A stretch of 63,044 nucleotides of DNA, the filler included, from Lenisia limosa (lineage: Eukaryota; Protista; Breviatea): NCBI GenBank assembly GCA_001655205.1. It is 11 parts of 11 records of this genome, joined end to end, with 100 filler letters (N's around TTAATTAATTAA, not from the genome) between each part and the next. Parts side by side here need not be neighbours in the genome. Positions count along the whole stretch, not along the records: positions 33,000 to 42,507 come from LPNZ01007405.1; positions 42,608 to 45,109 come from LPNZ01006056.1; positions 45,210 to 48,028 come from LPNZ01005042.1; positions 48,129 to 54,428 come from LPNZ01003548.1; 7 more parts are not named here. One strand, given 5' to 3'. Position numbers and translations under genes: made by a program. Of the stretch, positions 37,401-51,200 are shown piece after piece (the stretch's first letter is position 1; each line of letters begins with the position of its first letter). The notes beneath the pieces were generated by a model. The model was given only the letters and a program-made list of their open reading frames with translations, was not told the DNA's origin and did not search any database.

Positions 37401-40397
37401 GTAAAAGTCCACACCATGTAGCCAGTTATCTTTAATCATGTTGGCTAGCGGGAAGCCGCCGAGGAAGGCTTCGAGGGAAGGACCTCGCAGAAGCATCGAT
37501 GCCCCAGCGAGGCAAGAAAGCCGCTTGTTGGCGTGGCGGTCGTTGGGACTTGGCAGATGTCGCAGCAATGGAGGCGGCCGCAGTTGCCGGGACAGACGTC
37601 ACTCTTGAACCGAAAGCAGGCGTTATTGGCGTGGCGGGGGTGGTCGAAGCGTTGGGGTGTTGAGGCTTGTTGCTAGTATCGCGGCGGCACTTGACCGTGA
37701 GAGCGGAAATGGCTGCCTGGTCCTGAATGGAGTCCGAGGAGGCAACCAAGATAAAGTCTGCGGCTAGCTTGGTCATGGATCGGTCAGATAGGGGTGACAA
37801 AAAGACGCGATGCCCTTGTTTGTCATAAGACGGGGACCGGCGGAAGGACTGTTATCGGCGAAAACGCTGAAGGGCGGAGATGACGTCATTGAGGACTCGG
37901 AGTCGTCAGAGTCGGAACCGGAGTCAGAGGAGGAAGGGTCGCGGCGCCTCTTGCAGGTCTTCCTCTTCTTAGTTTTGATGCTCTTCTTGGCGGCCGACTT
38001 CTGTTGGAGGAAGGATGAGATATCCGCAACGGGGATGACGAAAGTTGCGGCAAGTTTCTCGACTGCATCGAGGTCGGAGACCTCGGGTCTAGAGGGTCTC
38101 TGGCTTCCAGGGACAAAAGGGGAAGCGGTGACTCTCGGGGGGCTGGGAGATGCAGGGACATTTCGTGCGGTAGGTGACGGTTGGGGCTACGGGTGGGGCT
38201 GGCTGAGGTGACTTAGGGGAAGCAACCGAGTTCAAAAATCTCAAACAGGCCTTTTGATTCTTTTTCACTGGAGAACTCTCCAGCTATATATCTTCCATGT
38301 CTTTTCGTATTTTCTCATTTTGTATTTTTCAGACTGCGGCAGCATAATTCTAAGATGCCTGGAGGAGCCAAGTTCACCACACGCCTGCCCCCCGGTTCAT
38401 GGATTCCTGCTTTGTGAGTACGCCTACTAATGCCACTCACGCCCATGAGGTTGAAGGATAATGTCACTGCATGCAACAAACCCAGAAGGGAAATGAACTA
38501 TTTTCTATTCTGTGTGGTCGGTGCTCATTTGCGTGCAGTTACTGTATCTTTTTTGTTTTGCTCTTGGTTTAACGGTCTCAGCTTACTTGTTAATCTTCTT
38601 TTTGATGATGAGGTTGCCCAGTATTAATGTGTGCAAGGTGTTACGTATCGGAACATGTTTCTCATATTGTTATAAACGAATAAAGAGTTTCACAAGGCCA
38701 TTTCTTGCACTTGAACCGACAAGTTCTTCTCATCACACATAAACCAAAAACAATTAGAAGAAACCTTCACAACCTGAGTTGTCAAATTTTCTGCAACTTT
38801 TTAAACAACAATCACATGAGAATGCAACAGTTTAAACCAACTTCATCACTTCTTGATGATGGCAAGAGAAGCCTCCAGGTCCTTAGTTTTGTTGAAGTGA
38901 GAACTAATTTGGTGAGAATTGAAGCAGTACGTACTGCTCATCTGACATTCAACCCCACATACACAAGAACAAGGATCTTTTAGAGAGAAAGCGCTTCTCT
39001 TGGGGGCCAGGCTTCAACACCGGTTTGACTGACCACTCTCTTATACTCTCAGAATCGGACTCCATCAAAAACCCAAGCTCAAGCGTCCCCGTGAGCAGCT
39101 AAACAGGTTGGATTTGCTTACTCTCCAGTTCAAGAAGGATTTGGCTTTGTTTCACTATTAACCGTTCTTGAGATGCATGATGATTGATTTTCCGTAATGC
39201 CGCTAACTAAGTGGCAGCCCGTTCGATCGACAAGTCTTCTTCCATCTACGAGCTCGCAAACAAGAGAACCCGCCTCCCCGCTTGGTGACATGCTCCGACA
39301 TGAAGTTCCTCAGCTGGGCCACTTTCCCACACCCGAAGGTGGAAAGCAACTCGCCTTCATCGCTGTCGCTGAAGAGGAAGCCGACGTTTGTTGGGGTGAG
39401 AGGTATGATATTAGTGGTGAACGATTGCAATATTTATACTACTCTCTCTTTTCCTACCCTTAATTATCTCTATTTCCTTCATTTAGCCAAGCTTAAGCTA
39501 GTGTTTTGAAAGAAAACAAAGAAGAAATTTTTTGACTAAAACTGTCCACACCTCACAATCGTAAAATTTTGTCACAGAATTTAAGTACAACTGCCTCAAA
39601 ATTTTGTTCCACAGAAGAGCTTGTACATGGTTAATAACAACGATGTATTGAAGTGTTTAATTGATAAAACTGGCATCAAATAGATGTAGAAAAAGCTGAC
39701 AGAATTTCCAATTATCATTGATTTTGACTGACATTTCAACACAGAGCTTAGGGTAAAACTCTTGCAGTCTGGTTAAATATTCAAGAAGCAAAACTGCATC
39801 AATTCATAATATCTCAATAAAACTCTAGAATATCGCAACAAAGATACTATCTTTGATTCGCAAGAGGCTGAGTGTTCAATTTGCTAAACAATAACGGACA
39901 CAGTTCCACAAATGACATGCCTTGATAAGTACGAACTGATTTTTACTCATTATTACACTCTTGATTCTATAATAGAGTATATATCATATTCATATGATAT
40001 GATACTGCTAGCTATATACTAGTATATCATATGTATACATACTACATATTTATCGAATAATATAGCATACTATATGGCCAAAACCGCGACCATGATTAAT
40101 ATAGTGAACAAAAAATGGGGCTTTTCTTTCACTTTTATTCACTTTCTTTGAAAATTACCACCAACTTTCATAATGCTGCAATATTTCTTTCAAAATACAA
40201 CAAAACAGAGTATGAGCACAAGACTGCTAGTGTGGTAAAGCAAAGACATGATCTTGATTTTCACCACTCCAGGGCAATCTACAAGCAGGAGCTGATCAAA
40301 AACACTGAAATATTCGTGCAATTTTATGAAATACTATTAAGAATTGCAAAATAATAATAATAAAAATCCTAAAAACACAAAAGCTACATTCATCTTA

Positions 40398-42480
40398 TTT
40401 CATGAGAGTTTTGCGACGGCGAGTTTGTGAAGCCTTGATCTTGACAGGGGAGGCAAGGTGAGGTCCCTGGATAGATCCGCGCTTCGTTTTGTTCTGAGTT
40501 TTCCTCTCACTCTTCAACTCTTCAGGGTTGGCGATAACCTAAAAGAGTTAGTGTGAAAGCTATAAATCATGATACGCCAATTTCAAAACATACCTGTCCA
40601 GGCTTAAGTGCTACCAGTTTCTCCCCTGGTTTGGTAACGTAGAACTGGCAGGGACGCTGCACGTCATCAATTGTAGGTCCAACTTGGCAGGTGCGCAAAA
40701 CAACCTTATTTACAATGTTTCGATTTACATCACTTTCAATAAGTGCACGTGTATAGAGTGAGGATGACTCAAAGACGCGTGGGTTCCGCAGGGACACGGA
40801 AGAAATGGTGGCCGCAACACCCTCCAAAAAGCTGCGATCTTCAGAGGAGAGCTCTTTTGTGTGGGGGTCATTCTTGAGGAAGGTTCTGGCACGGAGTCCA
40901 AGTGCCTGTTCATACGCAAGGTCTCCATCTTCTTTAACTGCTTGGATAGAGCTGCGGAATTCTGCAGTTTGTCGAATTGAGGGAGTGTTGAGGAATGTTG
41001 GTTCAGAGGTAAAGGTTGGGTGCATTTGGAGGTGCATGGATGTTGGAATGTGTGAAGAGTGCACGGAGGTAATTGTGGGAAACCAGTGGGTAATCAAGAG
41101 GACGGTATGTTTCTCCACGGGTCATATCCATCAACGATGTACCCACATGCCTTTTGTGAGGCCCAGATGGCGTCATATGAGGGATGCTTCATTGCCTTGC
41201 TTACAATCTCGGTCACTTCGTGAGGGCGCATATCACTAATGTTTAAAAAAGGGGGAGGAAAGTTGTAAAAATTACGCAAAAATGTAATGCTGTGTGAGGC
41301 ACGGTATTTCAATATTTAATCTTGGGAGGGGGGGAGGGGTCGAAACCGAGGGAAGCGAGATGGGTATTTATTATTCAACACATTGAATGTATTTCATAAG
41401 ATCCCCCCCTACCGTCTGAAGTTGACAGTAAGCCATGAGGATAGAAGCTTTGGTTGTTATTCACCAGTGCGTGATTGTAAGAATCGGCAACCTGCGAAAG
41501 GGATTATTAGGTATGACTCAAAGCAGGAATTAGCAAATATGAGGAGGTGGGGGAGTAAAATTGATGAAACAAAAAAACCCAAATGACTCGGGGAGGGCAG
41601 GCGCCATGGAGCTTTGACGCGAAAGTATGGTAATCTGTATCACGGCATCCCTATGTATTTATTTGTTTCCCTAGATTTTTAATGTTTATTATTTCTCTTG
41701 TTCCCAAAAAAAAAAACCGGATCCTACCTGGAGAAAGTGCGATGTAAACGAGGGTTCAATTACCAAGGCGGCACCAAGCTCAATAAATGTAGGTTGAGAC
41801 TTGGTGAGAATATCATCTCCGCCAATGATGATGGGTGACTTGATGATTNNNNNNNNNNTTTTGACACTGAGATGGCAGATGCAAGTGGCTTGTTCTTGAC
41901 ATTTTCCCATTTACCAAGCATGAAGGCTATCTCATCAAAGTAAAGTAGTCTTGAGTTGTCGAGCTTAATGGCCGGAGTTGAAGCTTCAAGCATGTTAACC
42001 GAGTCGACAGCAAATGAGTGGGGGAGAGTTTCTTGTGGGAAAGTGCCTAGATCAATCATCATTGCACATCGCCATAGTCTTATTCAAATTTGAGTATTAT
42101 CAAGACCCTACTTCCATTTTTCAATTCGTTTTCTGCATTTTGGCGCCTGAACAGCTTTCTTCTTGTGTTGAGCGGAAACTCCAAGGTCTTCGTTGAACTT
42201 CTCATTTGCTAAATATGGTGAAAAAATTCAAGGTCATATTTTCTGTCACATAGTTTGGATAGTTACCAACCTGCTTCGAAATCCTTGTCACATATTGCTC
42301 GATATACTTCCAAATGTCGTGAGATAAGAGCCTCCTTTGTCGTACTTATCAGAAAGGCTTTAATTGCTCGCTTCTTTGTGACGTGGACAGAATTTGAAGC
42401 CTTGGCTTTTGCATTTGCCCCCAATACATCTGAAGTTGTACGCATTGGGAGTTGGTGAGACGGGCAAGTTGCATGGTATT
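40398..42480 (-). CDS. Uncharacterised multi-exon gene, possibly disrupted
   Basis: Exons such as FNEDLGVSAQHKKKAVQAPKCRKRIEKW, LLYFDEIAFML, HPSYDAIWASQKACGYIVDGYDPWRN, a 183-codon ORF and terminal VIANPEEL..RRRKTLMK*. The frame breaks near 41100-40980. Confidence 0.4.
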
Positions 42481-43142
42481 TTCAGGCTATAGGTGTTATG
42501 ATATTTTNNNNNNNNNNNNNNNNNNNNNNNNNNNNNNNNNNNNNNNNNNNNTTAATTAATTAANNNNNNNNNNNNNNNNNNNNNNNNNNNNNNNNNNNNN
42601 NNNNNNNTCACGCTATAAGAGATATTGGATTATAGTATAATATTTATTCACCCAATTATTTGCCTTACTACTCTGTGCGGCTTCGGTCAGATACAACCTT
42701 TTTTGTTTGCTATATATATATACTATATAGTAAGAGGGGAGGGGGTATTGAATTAGTCAACACATTGTGTTTAAAGGAGGGGGGGGGGGCAGTTGCTTTA
42801 AAACAGCAGGCTCTCAAATCAGAACATTTTATCGGATGCTTCGATTTCTAATGTTATTTCTCTTTTTTTAAAAAAGGATGCTGTTAGAAAATTCAAGCAA
42901 TTAAACGTGAGTCAGCAAGAAACCTATATTTTTTTCTACTTTTAAAATTGAGATAAGAGTGTTCAACTCAATTATAAAACAGAACAATAAACATACTTGA
43001 TCTCAAGGAAAGACTGTCAAATAGATTTTGTCATCCGACCGAGCGAATATTTTGATTTTGCTGATAGATACTCCCGTGTTATTTCAGATTTCTACGTCTT
43101 TGTTAATTTCTCCGTACCACCTGATTTGCTTACCGCCTGCAG

Positions 43143-45049
43143 ATGATGATGCCATTGAACCCGAACAAGATGCACACGATGGCCCTGAGAATGTCCCGGA
43201 CAACAGTCCGGTGGCGGGCGGTGATGAGCTTGAAGTTATTGAGGACGAGCCCGTGCCGGAGCTTTCCGCCGGACCAGAGTGGGTCTGGTTTCACTATAAT
43301 TGAGGGAAATATTATTGTAAATAGGGATACCAGGTTTTTATTTGTAATGTTTTTTCTGTATTCTAGTATTTGGTTAATTATTATTGTACTGTTGTTCAAT
43401 ATATCAGCATTTAACAGTTCTCACCCCCAGGTACCTCCCCTTGAAGCACCCCGACGATTTCGACCCCTCAACGCTCTTTCCCGGCACGGATATCCACGCC
43501 TACGACAACCATGTTATTGCTCTTCATGGTGGATGGGGGTAAAATTGGAAAATTTATATGAAACAAAAAAAATACCCAAATCAACTCTGTTGGCTGACAA
43601 AACACAAGGGCAGATAACAACAAAACAAATAGTGGACAGAGAATATAGTGAAGTGCACTCTGATGGGTCAAAACTATAGTCCCACAAAGAATTGCAACAC
43701 CAGATCCTTCTCACAGTTCAGTTCACTCGGCTGATCGTATGCGTCCCGATATGCGATTGACACAGCCCTCAATACAGGTGCATATCATGGGTAAGCATGT
43801 ATAACTATGGCCCATATCACAGTATCATAAGTATAATATAATACAATATGTCTTATTATAAGCGTGTTAGTGTGGATGGCTTCGGCCAACCTTGTTTTAT
43901 TTCTCATCTCCAATACATGTGCATAATATATCATGAGTATGTTAGTCAACACATGTGCATATCAAGGCTGATATCAATATCAATAGGTCCATGAAAGTTA
44001 TTTTTTTTTTTTTTTNNNNNNNNNNNNNNNNNNNNNNNNNNNNNNNNNNNNNNNNNNNNNNNNNNNNNNNNNNNNNNNNNNNNNNNNNNNNNNNNNNNNN
44101 NNNNNNNNCCAAACCGGGCGCTACGTCAACAAAACGGACCCGTCGCGGCCGGCAGTAACCAACCTAGAGCAGGCCACGCGAGCGTCAGAACAAAAGGAAC
44201 TGGACTTCTTGCTTCCGCTTATGACCCAGGTGCGTGGGCGGAGGGGTTATACGTGCTGTTCTCTCCTCATTTAGCTATTTTCTCCTCATTTGGCAGTTCT
44301 CTCTCCTCATTTGGCTGTTTTCTTCCTAATTTAGCTGTTTTCTCTCTTATTTAGCTGTTTTCTCTCCTCATTTGGCTGTTTTCTCTCATTATTGTATTGT
44401 GTTTTCTCCCTCATTTGGCTGTTTTCTTTTCTTGTCTCAATTTCCTCCTTATTACGTACTAAGGGGGGAGAAATGACACCCACAAACAAAGAACAGTCAT
44501 TTCAAAAAAGTTTTGCATAAAATGGTCAGTTGACCATATTCTATCATATTCTACCAGATTCTATCAGGATTCTCTGAAGAATTAGACTATTTCAAAGTTC
44601 AGTTCATTTCGTTGTCCACTTATCCTAACCATCCTCAGCCCTACGATCTCAAAGGACTTATGGCCGCCTTGCCTTGCTGGGAGGTGAGAGGGGTGACTGA
44701 TGGAGGGGGGGACAGAGGGGTGATTTATAAGTACTTATTATGGGCTTCCCTATGGTCCCAAAACAGACTGCATTTCTCTATAAATCTTCGATACATATCG
44801 ATATTTTACTGGTCTTTTTCGGACGTAGGGAAGCCCTAGTAATATTTGATTGTACATATCATATGCATAATAGTAATTCAACCAGTCTTTTGTCTCCCAA
44901 TTGTTTTCAAGTCTAAGCTGTTTAGGAGACCATGATTGTGATTGAGGACTATCTCTACCTGCTGAATCCCAATGTGGTAGTTCTTTTCGAACTCAGAAAC
45001 TTCATAGGTCCCACTGAAGAACCAAAGTTTGCTCCTGGCATAATGAATG
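43143..45049 (+). CDS. AHI1: AHI1/Jouberin (ciliary transition zone), N-terminal/C2-like region; WD40 part missing beyond the spacer
   Basis: SVHSADRMRPDMRLTQPSIQ..QTGRYVNKTDPSRP..LDFLLPLMTQ|PYDLKGLMAALPCWE|ETMIVIEDYLYLLNPNVVVLFELRNF parallels AHI1 ([56 protein letters not shown]). Confidence 0.85.
44275..44450. repeat. ~21-bp degenerate tandem repeat (tttctctcctcatttggctgt), about 8 copies, intronic
   Basis: Direct inspection. Confidence 0.85.
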
Positions 45050-45825
45050 TCAAACCTTTCCATCTTCTTCTTTTTTTGTTTTATTATTTTTCATTCCCTT
45101 CTTGTCTTTNNNNNNNNNNNNNNNNNNNNNNNNNNNNNNNNNNNNNNNNNNNNTTAATTAATTAANNNNNNNNNNNNNNNNNNNNNNNNNNNNNNNNNNN
45201 NNNNNNNNNGACCTAAACTCCTCACTGTTGTATTTGGCGGTTGTGGGAATATTTAAGTTCAAATAATACAGTGATTAAGTTTTTAGTCTGAAGCGAAAGC
45301 GGAAGGAGGTGACACGTCATATGCCGAAATGACGAGAGTTGTGAAGAGGTTTGCAAGTCACATTACTGCAAGATTTTGACTTTTCTTGGAACCTTTAATA
45401 TTTTAGACATACACTTCGAGTTTCGCGAGCGTACGGATTGTTGCCGTAAGCTGGGGTATATTTTAACGAGGCTTTATTTTATGACACTTTTATGGGGGGT
45501 TTTAAAATGGGTTGTTATTAAAGACAGTANNNNNNNNNNNNNNNNNNNNNNNNNNNNNNNNNNNNNNNNNNNNNNNNNNNNNNNNNNNNNNNNNNNNNNN
45601 NNNNNNNNNNNNNNNNNNNNNNNNNNNNNNNNNNNNNNNNNNNNNNNNATTGCACAAGCAGAATAACCGTTTAGGCCCGCGGTTGATACGGCTGAATCTG
45701 TTACCTCGCCCCTTGCTGATATGGTGGGTTGTCTTTGGTGATTCTTTGGAAAGCGGAATATCTGATGATCTTCTTGTTCATGTTTTTTAACTCCGTTTGT
45801 GCTCTTGTTAAGTTTAACGCTTTAG

Positions 45826-47890
45826 TCAATCGAAAACACCCCTGTCGAACCCACTCCTCACGGTAAGCGAACAATTGGTTGCGTGGAAACGAAACTAGTA
45901 GAATAGGGCATTCTTGATACAGATTGACCATTCTGACTTCGCAGCTCCCTACCCCGAACCCGGCGCCATCGCCACTACCCCCTCTGACATTCCCGAGACC
46001 CCTGAGTCACCCGACGTACGTCCGCGCTCAAGCACTGAACAGTTCCCAAAGACCTCCCCCACTGCTGCTGGCAAGACCACACCCAGACGGAAAAGTGTAG
46101 ATGAGAGAGGGGTTTGTGGGAATATCGAACTGATACTATCATTTCTCATTTTCTCGTCATATATATACTGATCCTTTAGAAGAACAAGCAGGGAGACTTT
46201 ACGGAGTTCACCATCCCTCAGGTAATGCCATTGTGGATTGATTTTTGGTATCTGCTTCATGTGTATCAGAGCAAAATATGATACCAATTCCTTTTCTGAA
46301 GCAGTTTTGTAGATTGAAACGCTGCACCCAACTGGTGAGGTCTACAAATCTGGCATGTTATGGCGACAGAGCCGAATGACTGAGGTAGGCTCAGGTATAT
46401 TTCAGACCACAATGTAGCCAATATAGTTTTTTTTTTGTCTGTACTGTCCCATTTTCCAACTGTGTTCACTGACTTTACCAGGAATGGAAGCGGGTGTGGG
46501 TCGAATTGCGAACTTCAGGAGAGCTGACTTGGTCAGCACGAAAGGTACCTTGGATATATAGTGACCCGGAAAGTCCTGACACGGCCATCAGATGACTTTG
46601 TTGTTTGTATTGTTTGAACAGAGTGTAATATGCTTGTGAGATTGGCATTTGACTTGTTGCTATCTTTTATCATCCTTATAAACAGGGGATGATACCATTC
46701 CCCTTTCCCATTTGCTTCTTGTTACTTGCAAAATTTATCTTCACAAGACCTTCTCTGGTCAATCCTTACTCGTTAGGGCGGACGCTGTCGTGCTATCGTT
46801 ACGCTCAGTGACGCTTCAATAGAAGGGTATGCATGTAGTAATAAACCCTCAATATTATCGATAGTTTTCTGGACCTAAATGGAACCTACATCCTAATACC
46901 TTCAGAGTGGACGATGAACCGTCTGATGTTGAAACCCCACAGTCCGGCAGAAGAGGCTCATTAGCCAGCTACTCACTGTGAGTGTTGGAAATATGTACTT
47001 CTGGTGGCTATTTTCACTACAGTTGGGCTTGGCAGCTTGCCGCTGTGTGTGGTACTCTCTTCATACCCCTGTCTCGGACATTTTTTCTGTTTTTGTTTTT
47101 TGTATATTGATATTTTGTCGCTTCCAAAAATTTCTGCAGGTTTCCCTTACCATCTTCAGGGACGCGCCAGAGACCGACCACGTGATGACTATTTCGAGTC
47201 TCTCCTCGGGATCCCTGGTAATTGCTGGCAGGACTGCGCAGGAAACTCAGCTTTGGGTTGGGGGGGTAGTTTTAAAAAGTGATGATAAAAACAATTAGGA
47301 AATGGAAAAGAGAGCTGCCTCTTTTTTTGTCCTTCTGGGACCAGGGTAACCTTATCAAAAATACTAGTTCTAACCCGACGCAGTTAACTGCCATGGATGC
47401 TGTACTCGAGCAGATTAACGACGAAGATAACGACTCTTCTGACCCCATTCCCGCCTGTGAGTGATTCAAAGAGCTCCCTTTTTTACATCATATTCTTAAT
47501 ATTGTAGTGATATCATTTTCCATTCTTGGTATCTTCAAAAGCCTTATTACCTTTTTGTTTTGTTTTGTTTTACCAAATAGGCGGACACCGAGTGGCGGTT
47601 GTGGCTACGTCATCTATTGTTGGAGCCAAAAAAGGCAAAGTGCATACAGTAAGAAGAAATGGAGTGCCTTTTTCACAAATTATGAACACTGTCCAAATTA
47701 ATCCTATACAATGCTTCGGACTCAAATTTTGTAAACAATTCTTCCTTGTCAGAAATGCTGTCTTTTCGCTATCCTTTTTATCATCATTTAGGTCTACGAG
47801 GTGGAGGTGGAAGATAAGGTTGGGGCGATCAACCATGTGTTGCGCCGACTTGCTTCTTTCGAATACCTTCATCGCTCCTTGAAGCGCGAG
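45826..47890 (+). CDS. PH-domain followed by PX-domain protein (fragment)
   Basis: PH-like VYKSGMLWRQSRMTE|EWKRVWVELRTSGELTW..IAGRTAQETQLW|LTAMD; PX-like VHT|VYEVEVEDKVGAINHVLRRLASFEYLHRSLKRE. Confidence 0.7.
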
Positions 47891-48200
47891 GTAGGAAGGA
47901 GGAGGAGCCCCTGTTAGCATATACTAGATGTAGTACTTGCGGTGTTTAGTTTCAACCTTTAGCAGGTTGTTTTCTTGTTCCGAGGATTACTCAATTTTTA
48001 ACCGACAGAGTTGAATCTGTGTTTTTTTNNNNNNNNNNNNNNNNNNNNNNNNNNNNNNNNNNNNNNNNNNNNTTAATTAATTAANNNNNNNNNNNNNNNN
48101 NNNNNNNNNNNNNNNNNNNNNNNNNNNNATAGGTAAGGCTGGGAGTTGGGTTTTATTTGTTTTTCCACCTAACAATGATCTACTCGTGGTACATTGCCAG

Positions 48201-51200
48201 CAAGCTCATTAATATCTTGCTTGTCGCACATTCACGATTTAGGTTGACGGGCTTCTGAATGAGATTTCCACTGGCATTTACGACTACAACCATATAGTCA
48301 TTTGGTCTGCGTTTTTCAGCTCATTTTGGACTATTTCATTGCTTCATATTGGACCGATTATTTGCCCACTTCCATTTGCTCTTTGACGCAATCATCACTT
48401 CTTATCTCTTCACTGTACAGCTCCTCGAAACTGGCTGGCACGAAGTCAACCCCCGGTAAAGACCATGCCGTCCTCTTCCACCTCATGGCCGAGCCGATTA
48501 AGGGCGTCTCCACTCCCCTTTCTTGTGTAGGCTTTCGTAGAGATTGTTTTTTGTTTTTTATGTAGATTTCTGGAAGCACAGTGCGATCCCTCTTTTTTTT
48601 TTTGGCATAATGTACCCTTTTTGTTTACCCTCTCCCCGCCCAGGTTGTTGACTATCGTGGTCACCGTCTGTTGTGCCAAGCCCCTGTACCTGGCATTGCC
48701 TACAGCCCCAAACACGCCTATGGCATTTGCAATGGTGACAGTAGGAAGGGGGCTGTGGGATGTGTTAAAGCTTCCCCCATCAGGTCCAGAAGAATTGTAA
48801 AAGATTGGGTATAGAATGCTCTGTTTAAGAAAACAATAGCCTAATATTCTCATATTAACCCTACAAGCTACTTAACTTCTCTTACCATCGCAGAATTCTT
48901 CTACGACAAAACCTTTGAGGAGCAGTACAAGGCAATTGCCGAATCTGTATGTAAGGTTCCTGTAGGGCTTCAGTGCAAAACAAAAAAACCAAAAGGGGGG
49001 GGGGGTCAAGAAACATATTAATTGTCGATTGTTTTCTATGATCATAGCCATAGCTTTGGTACACTATCTCTCTAATTTTTCATCTCTAATCCTGGGTTTC
49101 CCACTTTACACAATTCAGTTCCAAACCCCCCTTTGTGCATTATTCTATCCCTTGTAAAGCATAGCCACAATAGTCCAAATAATCAATCAGTTCCGTCTGG
49201 AGCCCAGTGTGTGCGAGGGCCAGACCGTGCCCCTCCCTGCTGAAGTCCAAATTGTTCATGCCAACGACTCCAGGTACCAGGATTAGGCCTCTTTTTGACA
49301 TATTGCAACTCTTCTTGGATGGTTAATGTAATACAGGGGGTGCATTTTCAGAATATGACGTCTTGGCAATAAATGTTTACTCCAATTATCCGCGTTTATA
49401 GCTAAGATGCATAGTATTTACCTATGCCCGGAGGTGGTGGAATAATTCCAATACTCCAGGGCAATTTTTGTCTGCCACCCTTTTATTTCGTCTCCAAAAC
49501 CCCCTAATATTCCAAGGATCTACCCACTCGAGTCCCTTGCTCTCTTCCCTCGTGATATGAATTACCCTGAAGTTTGTGGGGTCCATCTTTTTCATCGGTG
49601 TTTCTAAAAATTTCGTAATCTTGATCAGCGGGGCCGATTGCCATTAGCATCTTCATTTTCCAGGACTCCTCCAAACGATTCCGCAGAGAGACAGTGAACT
49701 TCTTCTGCACCTCCCTGATTGACCCCGAACGTGTCGAGAAGAGAGCTAACGAGCTCAGAAAAGTTGGCAAATGGGTTATCTGGTCAAAAATTGTGATATA
49801 ATGAGGATTCCCGTCTCGTTCGCTTGTTCTCCTTGTTATGAACTTCTCAATATTGTTATTATTATGATTAAAATAACTCCCATTTCCTGTCTTCTTCCCT
49901 AACCCTCTTAGGAACTGGAAGAGAAGAAACAGAAAGAAGGTTGGAGGATTAATGAATGAGGGAAAGGTAAAATTCAACAAAGTAGCATTGATACGTATTG
50001 TTGATTACTTGGGTAGACTTTTTTTTTGGACTGTTTTGTACACAATGTGCATCGTCACTTGATATTTGCCGAGTTAACACACTCGTCTTTTTGACATTTC
50101 TTTACTGTTCACATCTTACTTGTTTGTCTTGTGAGAAGTTTCTGATGGATTCAGAACCAAAGGAAGAAACCGAAGATGAGAAGGAGAAAAGGAAGAAACT
50201 CGAAGACATCAATCTTCGTAATATTGTTGGGGGGGGGGGGATTGAACTAATTTATCTAAATACTATGTTACACTAACCCTGTAAGGCAATTGATGAGCAA
50301 GGCAGAGCTATCAAGGTATATGCCAACCCCCAGTCTAAGGAGGTAAGCTGTCCTATTTATTTAAATCAGTTATTGTTAAAAAAACAAAAAGTACGCTCAA
50401 AACCCTAATCAATACGGTGGTTTGATGATGTTTTTGACCCAGTCCAGGCAGAAGATCAGCTTGCAGCCATGGCACACTACGTTGCCACCACCTGTGTGGC
50501 CGGAACCGCACTTGACATGTCCAACTCTCTTGTAAATGGTGGCAAGTTGACCAACTCTCTTCATAATCACGGTGGGTAGGTTGCTTTTTATGTAATTTTC
50601 TCTCTCATATTCAGCATTAGAATACAATCATATTGCTTTTCGTGTCACACGAGTTTCCCATACGGCCATGCTATTCTGCCTAAAATCCTCAGCATTTCTT
50701 TGTCCGATAAAATCCCCAGCTCTAGATTTCTATCATTTATTCCCCTGTCATATGTTCTATTCCTTTGATAACCCAGGATTACCCATGCGCTATCTTGGCC
50801 GCCTTCACGCCGAAGCCGTGAAAATTGACAAGCCTCTTTTGGCAGCTTCTTGCATTATGGAGGGTGTTGCTAGGTAGGGGTAGAAGGGCTTCTCTTTGGT
50901 AAAAAAGACCGACTGTAAAAACAGTATGTTTTCTATGATAGACTTGAAAATAAAAATGAATTTTACTTTGCTACTATATATATACTATGTTATCCAAATA
51001 GTGTCTAAATGAGATGGCTTGCGTATTTTGCCCTTGATATCAGTTAATACGTTCAGGTGCACCAAGACAATTATGCGCAAGTATTTCACCGACCTCCCCA
51101 CCCAACAAATTGCCTCAGCAAGTGCTCATTTATTGAAGTATGAGGATTTTTGGCATCATGTATTTCTCATCGTTTTTTCTGTTTGTTTTGTTGTAATCAA

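Larger units (their letters stand above)
35222..38210 (-). mobile_element. Degenerate Ngaro-type (DIRS order) tyrosine-recombinase retrotransposon: gag-like, RT, RNase H, YR
   Basis: RT: NPLGTVPKG..VRVILD, MASVDMKDA, LPFGHTRSSESFHRF, GCYLDDFF, IGIPTKPQKVAPPT..LLGV. RH: TDAAGRG, LAVLAAISLWGHIFKGKHLCLACDNVAVVAAW. YR: SGHSF(R)AGTATLLA..IADHGRWK..LY. Multiple frameshifts. No methyltransferase between RH and YR; terminal repeats not found. Confidence 0.9.

Noticed and set aside
50409-50627. Minus-strand zinc-finger-like ORF (CHGCKLIFC)
   Set aside because: It is antisense to a CLUH exon (AEDQLAAMAHYVATT..LHNHG) that fits the family alignment.
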